A stretch of 64,000 bases of DNA. Origin: Actinomycetota bacterium. Its GTDB lineage: Bacteria > Actinomycetota > Actinomycetes > Mycobacteriales > SCTD01. The stretch covers positions 2,333-66,332 of the forward strand of contig JBKOVB010000113.1 of assembly GCA_046723735.1 (NCBI GenBank), given 5' to 3'. Within the stretch, counting starts at the first letter, position 1. Each line of letters begins with the position of its first letter. Shown here piece by piece: positions 34,846-43,933 of this stretch. The position numbers were made by a program, and so were the translations under genes. The notes beneath the pieces are model-generated. The model did not search any database, was not told the origin of the DNA, and saw only the letters and a list, made by a program, of their open reading frames with translations.

Positions 34846-35946
34846 TCAGGGCATGGAGAGGGATCTCCTCACGGCGCCCCGCAGCACGACGTACGACGGG
34901 TGGGCCAGGACGTCGAGGGTCAGCCGCGGGTCCTCGGCGTAGACGACGAGGTCCGCCGGCGCCCCCTCCGACAGGCCCGGTCGCCCGAGCCACGAGCGCG
35001 CCGACCAGGTCGCGGCCGCCAGCGCCGCCGTACGGGACAACCCTGCGGCGTGCAGCTCGCGGACTTCGTCCGCGATCCGGCCGTGCGCCAGCGACCCACC
35101 GGCGTCGGTGCCGGCGTACACCGGGATGCCGGCGTCGAAGGCCGCGAGCACGGTGTCGTGCCGGCGCGCGTGCAGCGCTCGCATGTGCATGGCGTACGCC
35201 GGGAACTTCTCCTGGGCGCCCGTCGCGATCGACGGGAAGGTCGCGATGTTGATGAGGGTCGGAACGATTGCGATCCCTTGTGCCGCAGCGGTTTCCACCG
35301 TCGAGGGGGTCAGCCCGCACGCGTGCTCGACGCAGTCGATGCCGGCCGCAAGGAGGTCGGGCAGGCACTCCTCGCCGAAGCAGTGCGCCGTCACGCGAGC
35401 ACCGAGCTCGTGGGCGGCGGCGATGGCGGGGCGGAGGGCGTCAAGCGGCCAGCACGGCGCGAGATCACCGACGTCGCGGTCGATCCAGTCCCCGACCAGC
35501 TTGACCCAGCCGTCGCCGCGACCGGCTTGCTCCCGGACGGCGTCCACCAGCGAGGCGGGCTCGATCTCGACGCCGTAGTTACGGATGTAGCGCCTGCTGC
35601 GGGCGATGTGCCGGCCGGCGCGCACCACCACCGGCAGGTCGTCGCGGTCGTCGATCCAGCGGGTGTCCCCCGGCTGGCCGGCGTCACGGACCAGCAGGGT
35701 GCCGGCGTCGCGGTCGGTGAGCGCCTGCTGCTCCGCCACCTCCGACGGCACCTCGCCGTGGGCGTCGAGCCCGATGTGGCAGTGGGCGTCGGCCAGTCCC
35801 GGCAGAACCCAGCCCTCGAGCGAGAAGGTGTCGCCCCCGGGCGGCTGGAAGGTCAGTCGCCCGTCCACGACCCAGGCCTCGGCGACCTCCTCGTCCGGCC
35901 CGACGAGCAGCGGGCCGCGCAGGTGGAGGACGTCGTGGGTGGCCAT
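34846..35946 (-). CDS. Metal-dependent amidohydrolase
   Basis: LPGLADAHCH, WVKLVGDWIDR, VTAHCFG, IDCVEHA, AGTDAGG, PADLVV. Confidence 0.9.
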   Translation of the reverse strand: MATHDVLHLRGPLLVGPDEEVAEAWVVDGRLTFQPPGGDTFSLEGWVLPGLADAHCHIGLDAHGEVPSEVAEQQALTDRDAGTLLVRDAGQPGDTRWIDDRDDLPVVVRAGRHIARSRRYIRNYGVEIEPASLVDAVREQAGRGDGWVKLVGDWIDRDVGDLAPCWPLDALRPAIAAAHELGARVTAHCFGEECLPDLLAAGIDCVEHACGLTPSTVETAAAQGIAIVPTLINIATFPSIATGAQEKFPAYAMHMRALHARRHDTVLAAFDAGIPVYAGTDAGGSLAHGRIADEVRELHAAGLSRTAALAAATWSARSWLGRPGLSEGAPADLVVYAEDPRLTLDVLAHPSYVVLRGAVRRSLSMP

Positions 35947-36176
35947 CAGACCAGCGTGACCTCGACGCTGGTGCGTCCGTCGAGGTGCTGGTGCACCTGG
36001 TACGTCCGGCCGTTCGTGACCCAGGTCCAGGTCGACAGCGCCTCGCCGATCGTGAGGGTTCGCTCCACGTCGGCGTCGGCCGGCAGGCCGGCGAGGGTGT
36101 TGGCGTACGCGAAGGCGTCCTGCAGCCGCTGCTCGCTGGTGCGCACGCGCTCCCAGTGGCGCCGCTCCTCGGTCAT
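35946..36176 (-). CDS. Hypothetical protein, 76 aa
   Basis: GAAGGAGG RBS, typical codon usage, stop overlaps the amidohydrolase ATG. Confidence 0.65.
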   Translation of the reverse strand: MTEERRHWERVRTSEQRLQDAFAYANTLAGLPADADVERTLTIGEALSTWTWVTNGRTYQVHQHLDGRTSVEVTLV

Positions 36177-36203
36177 CCGCCCTCCTTCGACGTACGCCGG
36201 ACG

Positions 36204-36824
36204 TTAGCGCCGAGGGGCAGGCAGGAGCGCGCGCAGCCCGGCGACGAGCACCTCCGCGAGCGTGCCCACCACGTCCACGTCCTCGGTCACCTCGGTGAGC
36301 TCGTGCAGCACGGGGAAGTCCTGCAACGGCAGCGGTTCCAGGTCGGTGGTGAGCTCCTGGCCCGCGGCCAAGGAAGCCTGCTCGACGGCGGCCCCGAGCA
36401 CCGCCACGGTCACGGCCTTGAGCGCGGCGTAGGCATGCGTGGTGTCCATCCCCGCCCGGCAGAACGCCTCGAGGGCCGCCTCGAACGTCGCCAGCGCCCG
36501 GGGACCCTGCACGGGGCGCCGCATGAGGACGGTGAAGGCACCCGGGTGCTGGATCGACAGGTGCGAGAGGGCCGTGGCGAACCGGCGTACCCAGTCCTCC
36601 CACGGCACCTCGCCGTCCGGCAGCTCGGCCTCGGCGAGCAGTTCTTCCGCGACTCCGTCGAGCAGGGCTTCCTTGGTGGCGACGTGGTTGTACAGGGAGG
36701 TCACGTGGACGCCCAGCTCGGCTGCGACCTTGCGCAGGCTGGTCGCGTCGAGGCCGTCCCGGTCCGCGACGCGCACCGCGGTGGCCAGGATCCGCTCACG
36801 GCTGAGGGGCAGCGCAGCAGTCAC
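36204..36824 (-). CDS. TetR family regulator with TetR_C domain
   Basis: LSRERILATA...DRDGL...SLRKVAAELGV..TSLYNHV.TKEALL. Confidence 0.92.
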   Translation of the reverse strand: MTAALPLSRERILATAVRVADRDGLDATSLRKVAAELGVHVTSLYNHVATKEALLDGVAEELLAEAELPDGEVPWEDWVRRFATALSHLSIQHPGAFTVLMRRPVQGPRALATFEAALEAFCRAGMDTTHAYAALKAVTVAVLGAAVEQASLAAGQELTTDLEPLPLQDFPVLHELTEVTEDVDVVGTLAEVLVAGLRALLPAPRR

Positions 36825-36844
36825 TTGACGAGTCTAGCGAGGCG

Positions 36845-36888
36845 TGACCTACAGTGTTGACCTACAGCGTTGACCTACGCCGTAGGTC
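36845..36888. promoter_or_regulatory. Three tandem 13-bp repeats ending in a palindrome; probable TetR operator
   Basis: TGACCTACAGTGT TGACCTACAGCGT TGACCTACGCCGT AGGTC; GACCTACG-C-CGTAGGTC is a perfect palindrome. Confidence 0.7.
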
Positions 36889-36907
36889 GATCCACGTGGG
36901 AGGACGC

Positions 36908-38278
36908 ATGGCTCTGCAGGACAAGGTGACCGAGCTCGTCGAGGAGCTGAAGGTGCCTGGCGTCTCGGCCGGGATCGTGCTCGACGGCGAGGTGCAGACG
37001 GCCTTCGCGGGCGTGACGAGCGTCGAGAACCCGCTGCCCGTGGACGAGACGACGCTCTTCCAGTTCGGCTCGACCGGCAAGACCTACACCGCCACCGCCC
37101 TCGTGCGCCTCGCCGAGCAAGGGCTGGTGGACCTCGACGCCCCCGTGCGCACCTACGTGCCCGAGCTGCAGCTCAAGGACGAGGACGTCGCCGCGCGGGT
37201 GACCGTCCTCCAGCTCCTCAACCACACCGCGGGGTGGGACGGCGACCTGATGACCGACACCGGCAACGGTGACGACGCCCTGGCGAAGTACCTCGTCAAG
37301 ATGGCCGACATCGAGCAGGTCTCACCCCTGGGCGCCACGGTCTCCTACAACAACGCCTCGCTGTCCCTGGCCGGACGGGTCATCGAGAAGGTCACCGGGT
37401 CCACCTTCGAGCGCGCGATCAGCGAGCTCCTGCTCGAGCCCCTGGGCATGACGAGCACCCTGTTCTTCCCGCAGGACGTGATGACACGCCGCTTCGCAGT
37501 GGGGCACGTGCTGCACGACGACGGCACCCTCACCGTCGCCCGGCCCTGGGCCATGCCCCGCAGCGCCGCGCCGGCGGGCGGCATGGTCGCGACCGCCGCG
37601 GACCAGCTCGCCTGGGCGCGCTTCCACCTCGGGGACGGCACCGCCGCCGACGGCAAGCGGGTGCTGGGCGAGGAGTGGCTCCGACGCATGCAGCAGCCGA
37701 CCGCGCAGATGCCGGGCAGCGCGCTCGGCGACGCAGTGGGAGTCAGCTGGCTGCTCGGCGAGGTGGCCGGGATCGGCACCGTCTCGCACGGCGGCACCAC
37801 CAACGGCCAGCACTCGCTGTTCAAGCTCGTGCCAGAGCGCGGGTTCGGGCTCATCTCGATGACCAACAGCGGGCCCAACGGTCCCGTGCTCAACGACCGG
37901 CTGTGGGCGTGGGCGCTGGAGCACTTCCTCGGCCTGGTCGAGGAGCAGCCCGAGCCGGTGCGTCTCCCCGACGCCGAGCTCGCGCCGTACACGGGCACGT
38001 TCGAGACCATCGCGGCCGTCGTGGACATCACCGCGGTCGACGGGCGGCTGTCCGCGAAGGTGAACGTCAAGCCGGGGATGGCCGCCATCCTGCGCGAGCA
38101 GGGCGAGGCGCTGCCCGAGCAGCCGCCGTTCCTGCTGGCGATCGTGAAGGGCCAGCCGGACCGGTACGTCGTGGACGAGGGCGACGGCAAGGGGATGCGC
38201 GGCTACTTCGCGCGCGGCGGCGACGGCAGCGTCGAGGGCGTGCACCTCGGCGGCCGGCTGGCGACCCGGGTGCGGTAG
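36908..38278 (+). CDS. Serine hydrolase, beta-lactamase class C-like family
   Basis: FQFGSTGK (SxxK), LLNHTAG, SYNN (YxN), HGGTTNG. Confidence 0.9.
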   Translation: MALQDKVTELVEELKVPGVSAGIVLDGEVQTAFAGVTSVENPLPVDETTLFQFGSTGKTYTATALVRLAEQGLVDLDAPVRTYVPELQLKDEDVAARVTVLQLLNHTAGWDGDLMTDTGNGDDALAKYLVKMADIEQVSPLGATVSYNNASLSLAGRVIEKVTGSTFERAISELLLEPLGMTSTLFFPQDVMTRRFAVGHVLHDDGTLTVARPWAMPRSAAPAGGMVATAADQLAWARFHLGDGTAADGKRVLGEEWLRRMQQPTAQMPGSALGDAVGVSWLLGEVAGIGTVSHGGTTNGQHSLFKLVPERGFGLISMTNSGPNGPVLNDRLWAWALEHFLGLVEEQPEPVRLPDAELAPYTGTFETIAAVVDITAVDGRLSAKVNVKPGMAAILREQGEALPEQPPFLLAIVKGQPDRYVVDEGDGKGMRGYFARGGDGSVEGVHLGGRLATRVR

Positions 38279-38358
38279 TGAGGAAGGCCCACACGGCTGT
38301 TCCGGTTCCATCCTTCGCACACCCCCGCGGCGTCCGCCGGGGTGGAGGATCAGGAACC

Positions 38359-39906
38359 GTGGCTGTCCGCCTCGGTCCGCTCTCACTGCTTCTGGTCGCC
38401 GTGCTGGCCGCCGGCTGCGGGTCCACCGTGCAGGTCACCTCCTCCCGCCAGCAGGGGACGACGGACGACAGCCTGTCCGTCCCCGGCTCCGACGGCCTCG
38501 GTGGTACTGCTACCGGCGTGGGGCTGCCGCAGGGCACCGCCGGCCCCCAGGTGCCCGGCGCCGCGACCGCTGGGACGACGCCTGCGACCGGGTCGAGCCG
38601 CGTCCTGGGGCAGACCGGGTCCACCGCGACGCTGTCCGGGCCCGGCGTGACGGCCAAGGAGATCTACGTCGGCTTCGTGCACGACGGGAACGCGGACGGC
38701 GTCAACAGCGCCGCAGGCGTCGGGTCCATCACCCATGGGGACGACCAGGCGAACGCCCTCGCGGTTGTCGACGACATCAACAAGCACGGCGGCATCGCCG
38801 GCCGCAAGGTGGTCCCGGTCTTCGCCCGTTTCGACTCGACCTCGACCCAGACGCTGGACCAGCAGTGGGCGGCGGTCTGCCAGACCTTCACGCACGACAA
38901 GCGGGTGTTCGCATACGCCGCCGGAACCTCCGGGCGCCCCTCGCTCCGCGACTGCCTGGCGCGGGCCGGCGTCGCGATGCTCAGCTCCGGGCTGCCGACG
39001 GTCGGTGCCTCGGACTTCGCCCAGCACCCGGCGTACATAGAGATGGGCTACCCCAACGTCGACCGGCTCGCCGCCTACACCGTCACGCCCTTGGTCGAGC
39101 AGAAGTACTTCACGCCGTGGGACACGGTGAACGGCAAGCCGGCAGCCGCGGGGGTCGTGAAGGTGGGGGTGCTCACCTACGACGACAGCACGTTCTCTCA
39201 CGCGGTCGACCAGTACCTGGTCCCCGCGCTGCGACGCCTGGGCTACGACCCGGTCGTCCAGAAGATCGCGCAGATCTCCGGCGCCTCCGACATCGGCGCC
39301 CAGGCGGCGGCCGTGAAGGCGGCCCAGCTGGCGTTCGCGAGCAACGGGGTCACGCACGTCATCCCGTTCGAGGCGAACGGTGGCCTGAGCACCTTCTTCC
39401 TGCCGACGGCCCGCACCCAGGGCTACTACCCGCGGTACGGCGTGAGCTCGGCCTCCGGGTCGGAAGCCCTGATGGAGTCCGGCGTCGTGGACGCCCAGCA
39501 GTTCAACGGTGCGGTCGGCTTCGGCTGGATCCCGGCCATCGACCTGGCCTCCGCCGACAACAGGCCGGACGGTCCGTACTCCAATGCCAACCGGCGCGCC
39601 TGCCTGAAGGTGATGCACGACCACGGCATCACCTTCGACAGCGGCAACGCGGAGGCCATCGGGCTCACCACCTGCGCCACCCTGTACCTGCTCAAGGCGG
39701 CGCTGGACCGCACGCCCCGACAGGTCACGGTGGCGACGCTCCTCCGGTCCGTGGAGGGGCTGGGCGCGTCGTACCAGCCGGCCGGCTCGGTGGGCATCCG
39801 GTTCCGACCGGGGCGGCACGACCCTGCCGAGACGGCCTACCACTGGCGGTTCGTGAGCTCCTGCACCTGCTTCCGCTACGACGGCGAGCCCCACACCGTT
39901 CCCTGA
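38359..39906 (+). CDS. Type-1 periplasmic-binding-fold lipoprotein (orphan ABC substrate-binding protein)
   Basis: Lipobox LAAGC, G/T/P-rich linker, GPGVTAKEIYVG, INKHGGIAGRKV. Confidence 0.75.
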   Translation: MAVRLGPLSLLLVAVLAAGCGSTVQVTSSRQQGTTDDSLSVPGSDGLGGTATGVGLPQGTAGPQVPGAATAGTTPATGSSRVLGQTGSTATLSGPGVTAKEIYVGFVHDGNADGVNSAAGVGSITHGDDQANALAVVDDINKHGGIAGRKVVPVFARFDSTSTQTLDQQWAAVCQTFTHDKRVFAYAAGTSGRPSLRDCLARAGVAMLSSGLPTVGASDFAQHPAYIEMGYPNVDRLAAYTVTPLVEQKYFTPWDTVNGKPAAAGVVKVGVLTYDDSTFSHAVDQYLVPALRRLGYDPVVQKIAQISGASDIGAQAAAVKAAQLAFASNGVTHVIPFEANGGLSTFFLPTARTQGYYPRYGVSSASGSEALMESGVVDAQQFNGAVGFGWIPAIDLASADNRPDGPYSNANRRACLKVMHDHGITFDSGNAEAIGLTTCATLYLLKAALDRTPRQVTVATLLRSVEGLGASYQPAGSVGIRFRPGRHDPAETAYHWRFVSSCTCFRYDGEPHTVP

Positions 39907-39916
39907 GCCCCACCTC

Positions 39917-39960
39917 TTGACGGCTCCCCTGTCAGGTGCCATGCTCAACCTGTCAGTTGA
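39917..39960 (+). promoter_or_regulatory. Sigma-A-like promoter plus palindromic operator of the ArsR gene
   Basis: TTGACG-N17-CATGCT, immediately followed by TCAAC-N6-GTTGA (39945-39960). Confidence 0.6.
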
Positions 39961-39981
39961 TAAAAGAACTGGTTGACCACG

Positions 39982-40317
39982 ATGCCTGACGACCCGCTGA
40001 GCAAGGTGTACGCCGCGCTCGCCGACCCGACCCGCCGCGCGATCCTCGAGCGACTGGCGAACGGCGAGGCGACCGTCAACGAGCTGGCGGAGCCGTTCGC
40101 CATGTCGCTGCAGGCGGTCTCCAAGCACCTCAAGGTGCTGGAGGCGGCGGGCCTCATCAGCCGCGGCAAGCAGGCCCAGTGGCGGCCGGCGTCCCTGAAC
40201 GGCGACCGCCTCGAGCAGGCCGCCGACTGGCTGGAGCGCTACCGCGTGTTCTGGGAAGGCTCGTTCGACCGGCTCGACACGCACCTGCGCACCCTCAAGA
40301 ACAAGGGAGAGACGTGA
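39982..40317 (+). CDS. ArsR/SmtB family regulator
   Basis: AALADPTRRAILERL..GEATVNELA.PF.MSLQAVSKHLKVLE.AGLI. Confidence 0.92.
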   Translation: MPDDPLSKVYAALADPTRRAILERLANGEATVNELAEPFAMSLQAVSKHLKVLEAAGLISRGKQAQWRPASLNGDRLEQAADWLERYRVFWEGSFDRLDTHLRTLKNKGET

Positions 40318-40763
40318 TGTACGACGACACCCGCGGCTACACGATCACCCGCGTCTTCGACGCGCCTCGCGACCTGGTCTGGCGCTGCTGGACCCAGCCG
40401 GAGGACTTCGCCGTCTGGTTCGGCGGCCACCAGGGCCGCATGGAGGGCATGGTCGTCGAGCCGGTGAAGGACGGCCGCTGGGGCGGCACGATGGTGCTGC
40501 CCGACGGCCACCGGATGCAGTGGACCGGGACCTTCCTCGAGGTCGACCCGCCGAACCGGCTGGTGCTGGCGTTCACCGACCAGGAGAACCTCGACGAGTA
40601 CGACACCTTCACCGTCACGCTCACCGACGTGGACGGGAAGACCGAGCTCGTGCTGCGGCAGAGCGGTGGGCACCTCACCGACGAGCAGTACCTGCAAGCG
40701 CAGCAGGGCACCGGGACCTTCCTCGACGTGATGGCCGAGCATTTGGCAGCCATCCAGGCGTGA
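40317..40763 (+). CDS. SRPBCC/AHSA1 domain protein
   Basis: ITRVFDAPRDLVWRCWT, FLEVDPPNRLV; coupled to ArsR. Confidence 0.88.
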   Translation: MYDDTRGYTITRVFDAPRDLVWRCWTQPEDFAVWFGGHQGRMEGMVVEPVKDGRWGGTMVLPDGHRMQWTGTFLEVDPPNRLVLAFTDQENLDEYDTFTVTLTDVDGKTELVLRQSGGHLTDEQYLQAQQGTGTFLDVMAEHLAAIQA

Positions 40764-40847
40764 CGTCGTTCGTCCGTTTGGCCCCGTCCAGGCAGATGAT
40801 CCGAGATGACCATGGTGTCGGGTGTCCGGCTTGGGCAGGTTCGTGTC

Positions 40848-41192
40848 ATGAACACGTGCTCCTGCTCCGGCACCCGCAACAGCATCTGCTTCGACTCCGC
40901 GGTGGTGCTCTGGCGCTGCGGCTCCTGCGGCAGCCAGCAGTGGAGCGCTGACGGTCGCCCGGTCGGGCGGGCGGTGGCGCTCGGACTGCTGCGCCAGGCG
41001 TTCACGGACCACCGCTACGACCGGCCGGCACGGCAGGTGCGCACGATCCCGAGCCCGCGCCCGGTGCAGGTCGTGGACGTGCGTACCCCCGCCCCGGTGC
41101 CCAGCACCCCCGCCGACCTGCAGGCCTCGCTCGACGCCTTCCTCGCCGAGAAGGGTCTGTCCGGCTCTTGGCGGGTCGGCGTCAGCGCCTGA
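40848..41192 (+). CDS. Small Cys-rich hypothetical protein (possible zinc ribbon)
   Basis: MNTCSC..C..WRCGSCGSQQW; high GC3 codon usage. Confidence 0.5.
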   Translation: MNTCSCSGTRNSICFDSAVVLWRCGSCGSQQWSADGRPVGRAVALGLLRQAFTDHRYDRPARQVRTIPSPRPVQVVDVRTPAPVPSTPADLQASLDAFLAEKGLSGSWRVGVSA

Positions 41193-41607
41193 TCCTCCTG
41201 TGCACCAGGGCGAAGTCGCGGCGCCAGTGCTCGCCGTCCTCCGCGATCTCCCAGGCGCCCTGGACGATGTCGCCGTCCGCGCTGAGCTCCCCGACGTACC
41301 GCTGGGCGAAGTCCAATGGGCTGACGTCGGGCTCCGTGCGTGACAGCGTCCAGGTGCGGCCGTCGAAGGTCATCCGGTAGAGCCGAGCCACACCGCGCGC
41401 GTCGAAGTAGTGCTGCACGTAGGTGCCCTCGCCACCCGGCACCACGACGCTGAGGCTGTCCGGGACGGGGGAGCCGGGGGCGGTCGACCGCAGCACGAGG
41501 AGCTCGCCGAGCCACTCGACAACCACGTGCCCGCGCGCGTCCTCGGCGCCCGGCAGGTCGACCGAGACCTCCCACTCCCCGACCAGCGGTTGCAGCGGTG
41601 AGGTCAT
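41182..41607 (-). CDS. Hypothetical beta-barrel protein (DUF1579-like)
   Basis: LQPLVGEW, YFDARGVARLY, DG..I.GAWE...DG..W..DF. Confidence 0.65.
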   Translation of the reverse strand: MTSPLQPLVGEWEVSVDLPGAEDARGHVVVEWLGELLVLRSTAPGSPVPDSLSVVVPGGEGTYVQHYFDARGVARLYRMTFDGRTWTLSRTEPDVSPLDFAQRYVGELSADGDIVQGAWEIAEDGEHWRRDFALVHRRIRR

Positions 41608-42782
41608 CGTGGTCCTCCCCCGAGAGCGACGGTGAGGGCGAGCACCGTTTCCGGGTCGTGCAGCTTCGCGCCGTACAGCTCGCGCAGCTGGCCCATCCGA
41701 TACCGCACCGTCTGGGGGTGCACGAACAGCGCGGCCGCCACGTCCTCGCGCCGGCCCTGGTGCAGCAGCCAGGCACGCAGGGTCTCCTCAAGCTTCTCGG
41801 CGCTGGAGGGGCGCTGCGCGGCCAGCGGCGCGAGGACCCGCGCGCGCAGGTCGGCGAGCGCCTCGCCGTCGGCCGTGAGCACGAGCTCGACGAGCCGCTC
41901 CTCGGTGTCGCGCGGCGAGCCCGGAAGCGTGCGGGCGCGCAGCACCCGCCGGTACGACGAGGCCACCTCCTGCCACGGACGGGCGGGCCCCACCACCGCC
42001 TCCCGGTCCTGCACGGCACGCAGCAGCCGCGGTCGACCGCGGCCCTCGGCGTCCGGGACCAGCAGCAGCGCCAGGCCCGTCGTCCCCTCGAGCCCCGGCA
42101 GGTCCTCGGTGAGCCGCAGCGCGCGGCCCTCGCCCAGGGCGTCCAGGGCATGGACCTGCGACTCCGGCAGCAGCACCGCAGTGAGGGTGCGGGGCACCGG
42201 CCAGTCAGCGCGCTCTGCAGCGGCGAGCAGCGCGGGTTCGGGGTCGCCGGCGAGCAGCCGACGCCCGAGCCGGTCGAGGTACCGCTCGCGCACCCGCCCG
42301 CTGACCGCGAGCTCGTCGGTGTGCCCCGCGACGCTGGAGGCGGACAGCTGGTCGATGTAGGCGAAGACGAGCTCGGCGAACTGCACCAGCACCGCCGCGG
42401 GCAGCCCGAGCGCGACACCTTGGTCGGCGAGCTCGCGCCAGGCGACCCGCGCACCGACGCGGTACGCCGACAGCAGCGCGTCCACAGACCGGCCGCTGCG
42501 CGCCTCGCCGCGCCCGATGGCGTACGCGCCCTCGAGCGCCGGGGCCAGCGGGGTGGTCGGGTCCCCGGCCCGCGAGCCCGACGCCAGGCTCAGGAAGCCG
42601 CGCAGCGCGAGCTCCACCATCTCGCGGATCGTGTCGCCCATCGTCCCGGTGAAGGCGTCGGCGTACGGCGGGACCTCGGCGACGATCGCGGCCACCGTCC
42701 GCTCCGCGACGCTGGGCAGCTGCGCGCGCAAGATGGCCGTGGTGGTGGAGTCGAGGTCGAGGCCGAGCGGGGTCGCGGTCAT
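41604..42782 (-). CDS. PucR/CdaR family transcriptional regulator
   Basis: GRGEARSGRS.DALLSAYRVGARVAWR; C-terminal HTH VAAALFVHPQTVRYRM; divergent from the desaturase operon. Confidence 0.9.
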   Translation of the reverse strand: MTATPLGLDLDSTTTAILRAQLPSVAERTVAAIVAEVPPYADAFTGTMGDTIREMVELALRGFLSLASGSRAGDPTTPLAPALEGAYAIGRGEARSGRSVDALLSAYRVGARVAWRELADQGVALGLPAAVLVQFAELVFAYIDQLSASSVAGHTDELAVSGRVRERYLDRLGRRLLAGDPEPALLAAAERADWPVPRTLTAVLLPESQVHALDALGEGRALRLTEDLPGLEGTTGLALLLVPDAEGRGRPRLLRAVQDREAVVGPARPWQEVASSYRRVLRARTLPGSPRDTEERLVELVLTADGEALADLRARVLAPLAAQRPSSAEKLEETLRAWLLHQGRREDVAAALFVHPQTVRYRMGQLRELYGAKLHDPETVLALTVALGGGPR

Positions 42783-42870
42783 CGGATCTGTCCTCCCTGC
42801 ACAAAACAGAGCCGCGAGATCACGCGTACAGGTCAGGACTTTACGCCCTGCAGCGCACCACCATGAAGCC

Positions 42871-43932
42871 ATGCCCGCTGCACCGACCCTGCTGCGCCGG
42901 GCTGCTGCGCTCGCAGAGCTGGCGGCCACGCCGCTCGTGCCCGGCGACTACCTCGACCTCGTGCACCCCCTGCGGGCTGGTGCGCCGCTGCGCGCCCGGG
43001 TCATGGAGGTGCGCCCGGAGACGCGCGACGCGGTCACCCTCGTGCTCGAGCCCGGCCGCGACTGGCGCGGCCACACCCCTGGCCAGTACCTGCGCGTGGG
43101 CGTGGACGTCGACGGGGTCCGGCTGTGGCGGGCCTACTCCCTGACCTCCGCCCCCTCCCGGGACCGCCGCATCTCCATCACCGTCAAGGCGATCCCGGAC
43201 GGGAAGGTCAGCACCCACCTGGTACGACGGGCCCGCCCCGGCATGCTCCTGCAGCTCGACCAGGCCACTGGGGACTTCACCCTTCCGGCCACGCCGCCCG
43301 CCAAGGTGCTGTTCGTCACCGGCGGCAGCGGCATCACGCCGGTGATGGGCATCCTGCGCAGCAACCTGCACCGGCTCGCGGACGTGGTGGTCGTCCACTC
43401 CGCACTCACCCGGGACGACGTCGTGTTCGGCGGCGAGCTGCGGGCACTCGCCGCGCGCGACCGGATCCGGCTGGTCGAGCTGCACACCGATGTGGACGGG
43501 ATGCTCACCGCTTCCCAGCTGACCGAGCTCGTCCCCGACCTCGCCGAGCGCGAGACGTGGGTGTGCGGGCCGACCGGTCTCATGGACCTCGTCGAGAAGC
43601 ACTGGGAGACCGCGGGTCTGACCGTGCCGCTGCACACCGAGCGGTTCCGGCCCAGCATCGTGGTGCCCGGCGACGGCGGGCGGGTGCGCTTCCGTCGTAC
43701 CGGGGTGGAGACCGACGCCGACGGCGCCACCACCCTGCTCGCGACCGGGGAGGCCGCGGGCGTCCTCATGCCCAGCGGGTGCCGGATGGGCATCTGCTAC
43801 GGCTGCGTCCTGCCGCTCAAGGAGGGCGCAGTGCGCGACCTTCGCGACGGCGCCCTCACGGAGGCCGGCGACGGCGTCCTCGTCCAGACCTGCATCAGCG
43901 CGGCCGCCGGCCCCTGCGAACTGGAGATCTGA
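42871..43932 (+). CDS. NADPH oxidoreductase partner of stearoyl-CoA desaturase (FNR + 2Fe-2S)
   Basis: PGQY..GV...WRAYSLTS, GGSGITP, WVCGP, GCRMGICYGC..QTC. Confidence 0.92.
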   Translation: MPAAPTLLRRAAALAELAATPLVPGDYLDLVHPLRAGAPLRARVMEVRPETRDAVTLVLEPGRDWRGHTPGQYLRVGVDVDGVRLWRAYSLTSAPSRDRRISITVKAIPDGKVSTHLVRRARPGMLLQLDQATGDFTLPATPPAKVLFVTGGSGITPVMGILRSNLHRLADVVVVHSALTRDDVVFGGELRALAARDRIRLVELHTDVDGMLTASQLTELVPDLAERETWVCGPTGLMDLVEKHWETAGLTVPLHTERFRPSIVVPGDGGRVRFRRTGVETDADGATTLLATGEAAGVLMPSGCRMGICYGCVLPLKEGAVRDLRDGALTEAGDGVLVQTCISAAAGPCELEI

Positions 43933-43933
43933 C

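Noticed and set aside
36845-36888. Tandem repeats as a CRISPR array
   Set aside because: 13-bp units with no spacers and no cas genes.
36908-38278. Beta-lactam resistance gene
   Set aside because: No signal peptide, and HGG rather than KTG; more like a cytoplasmic esterase/amidase.
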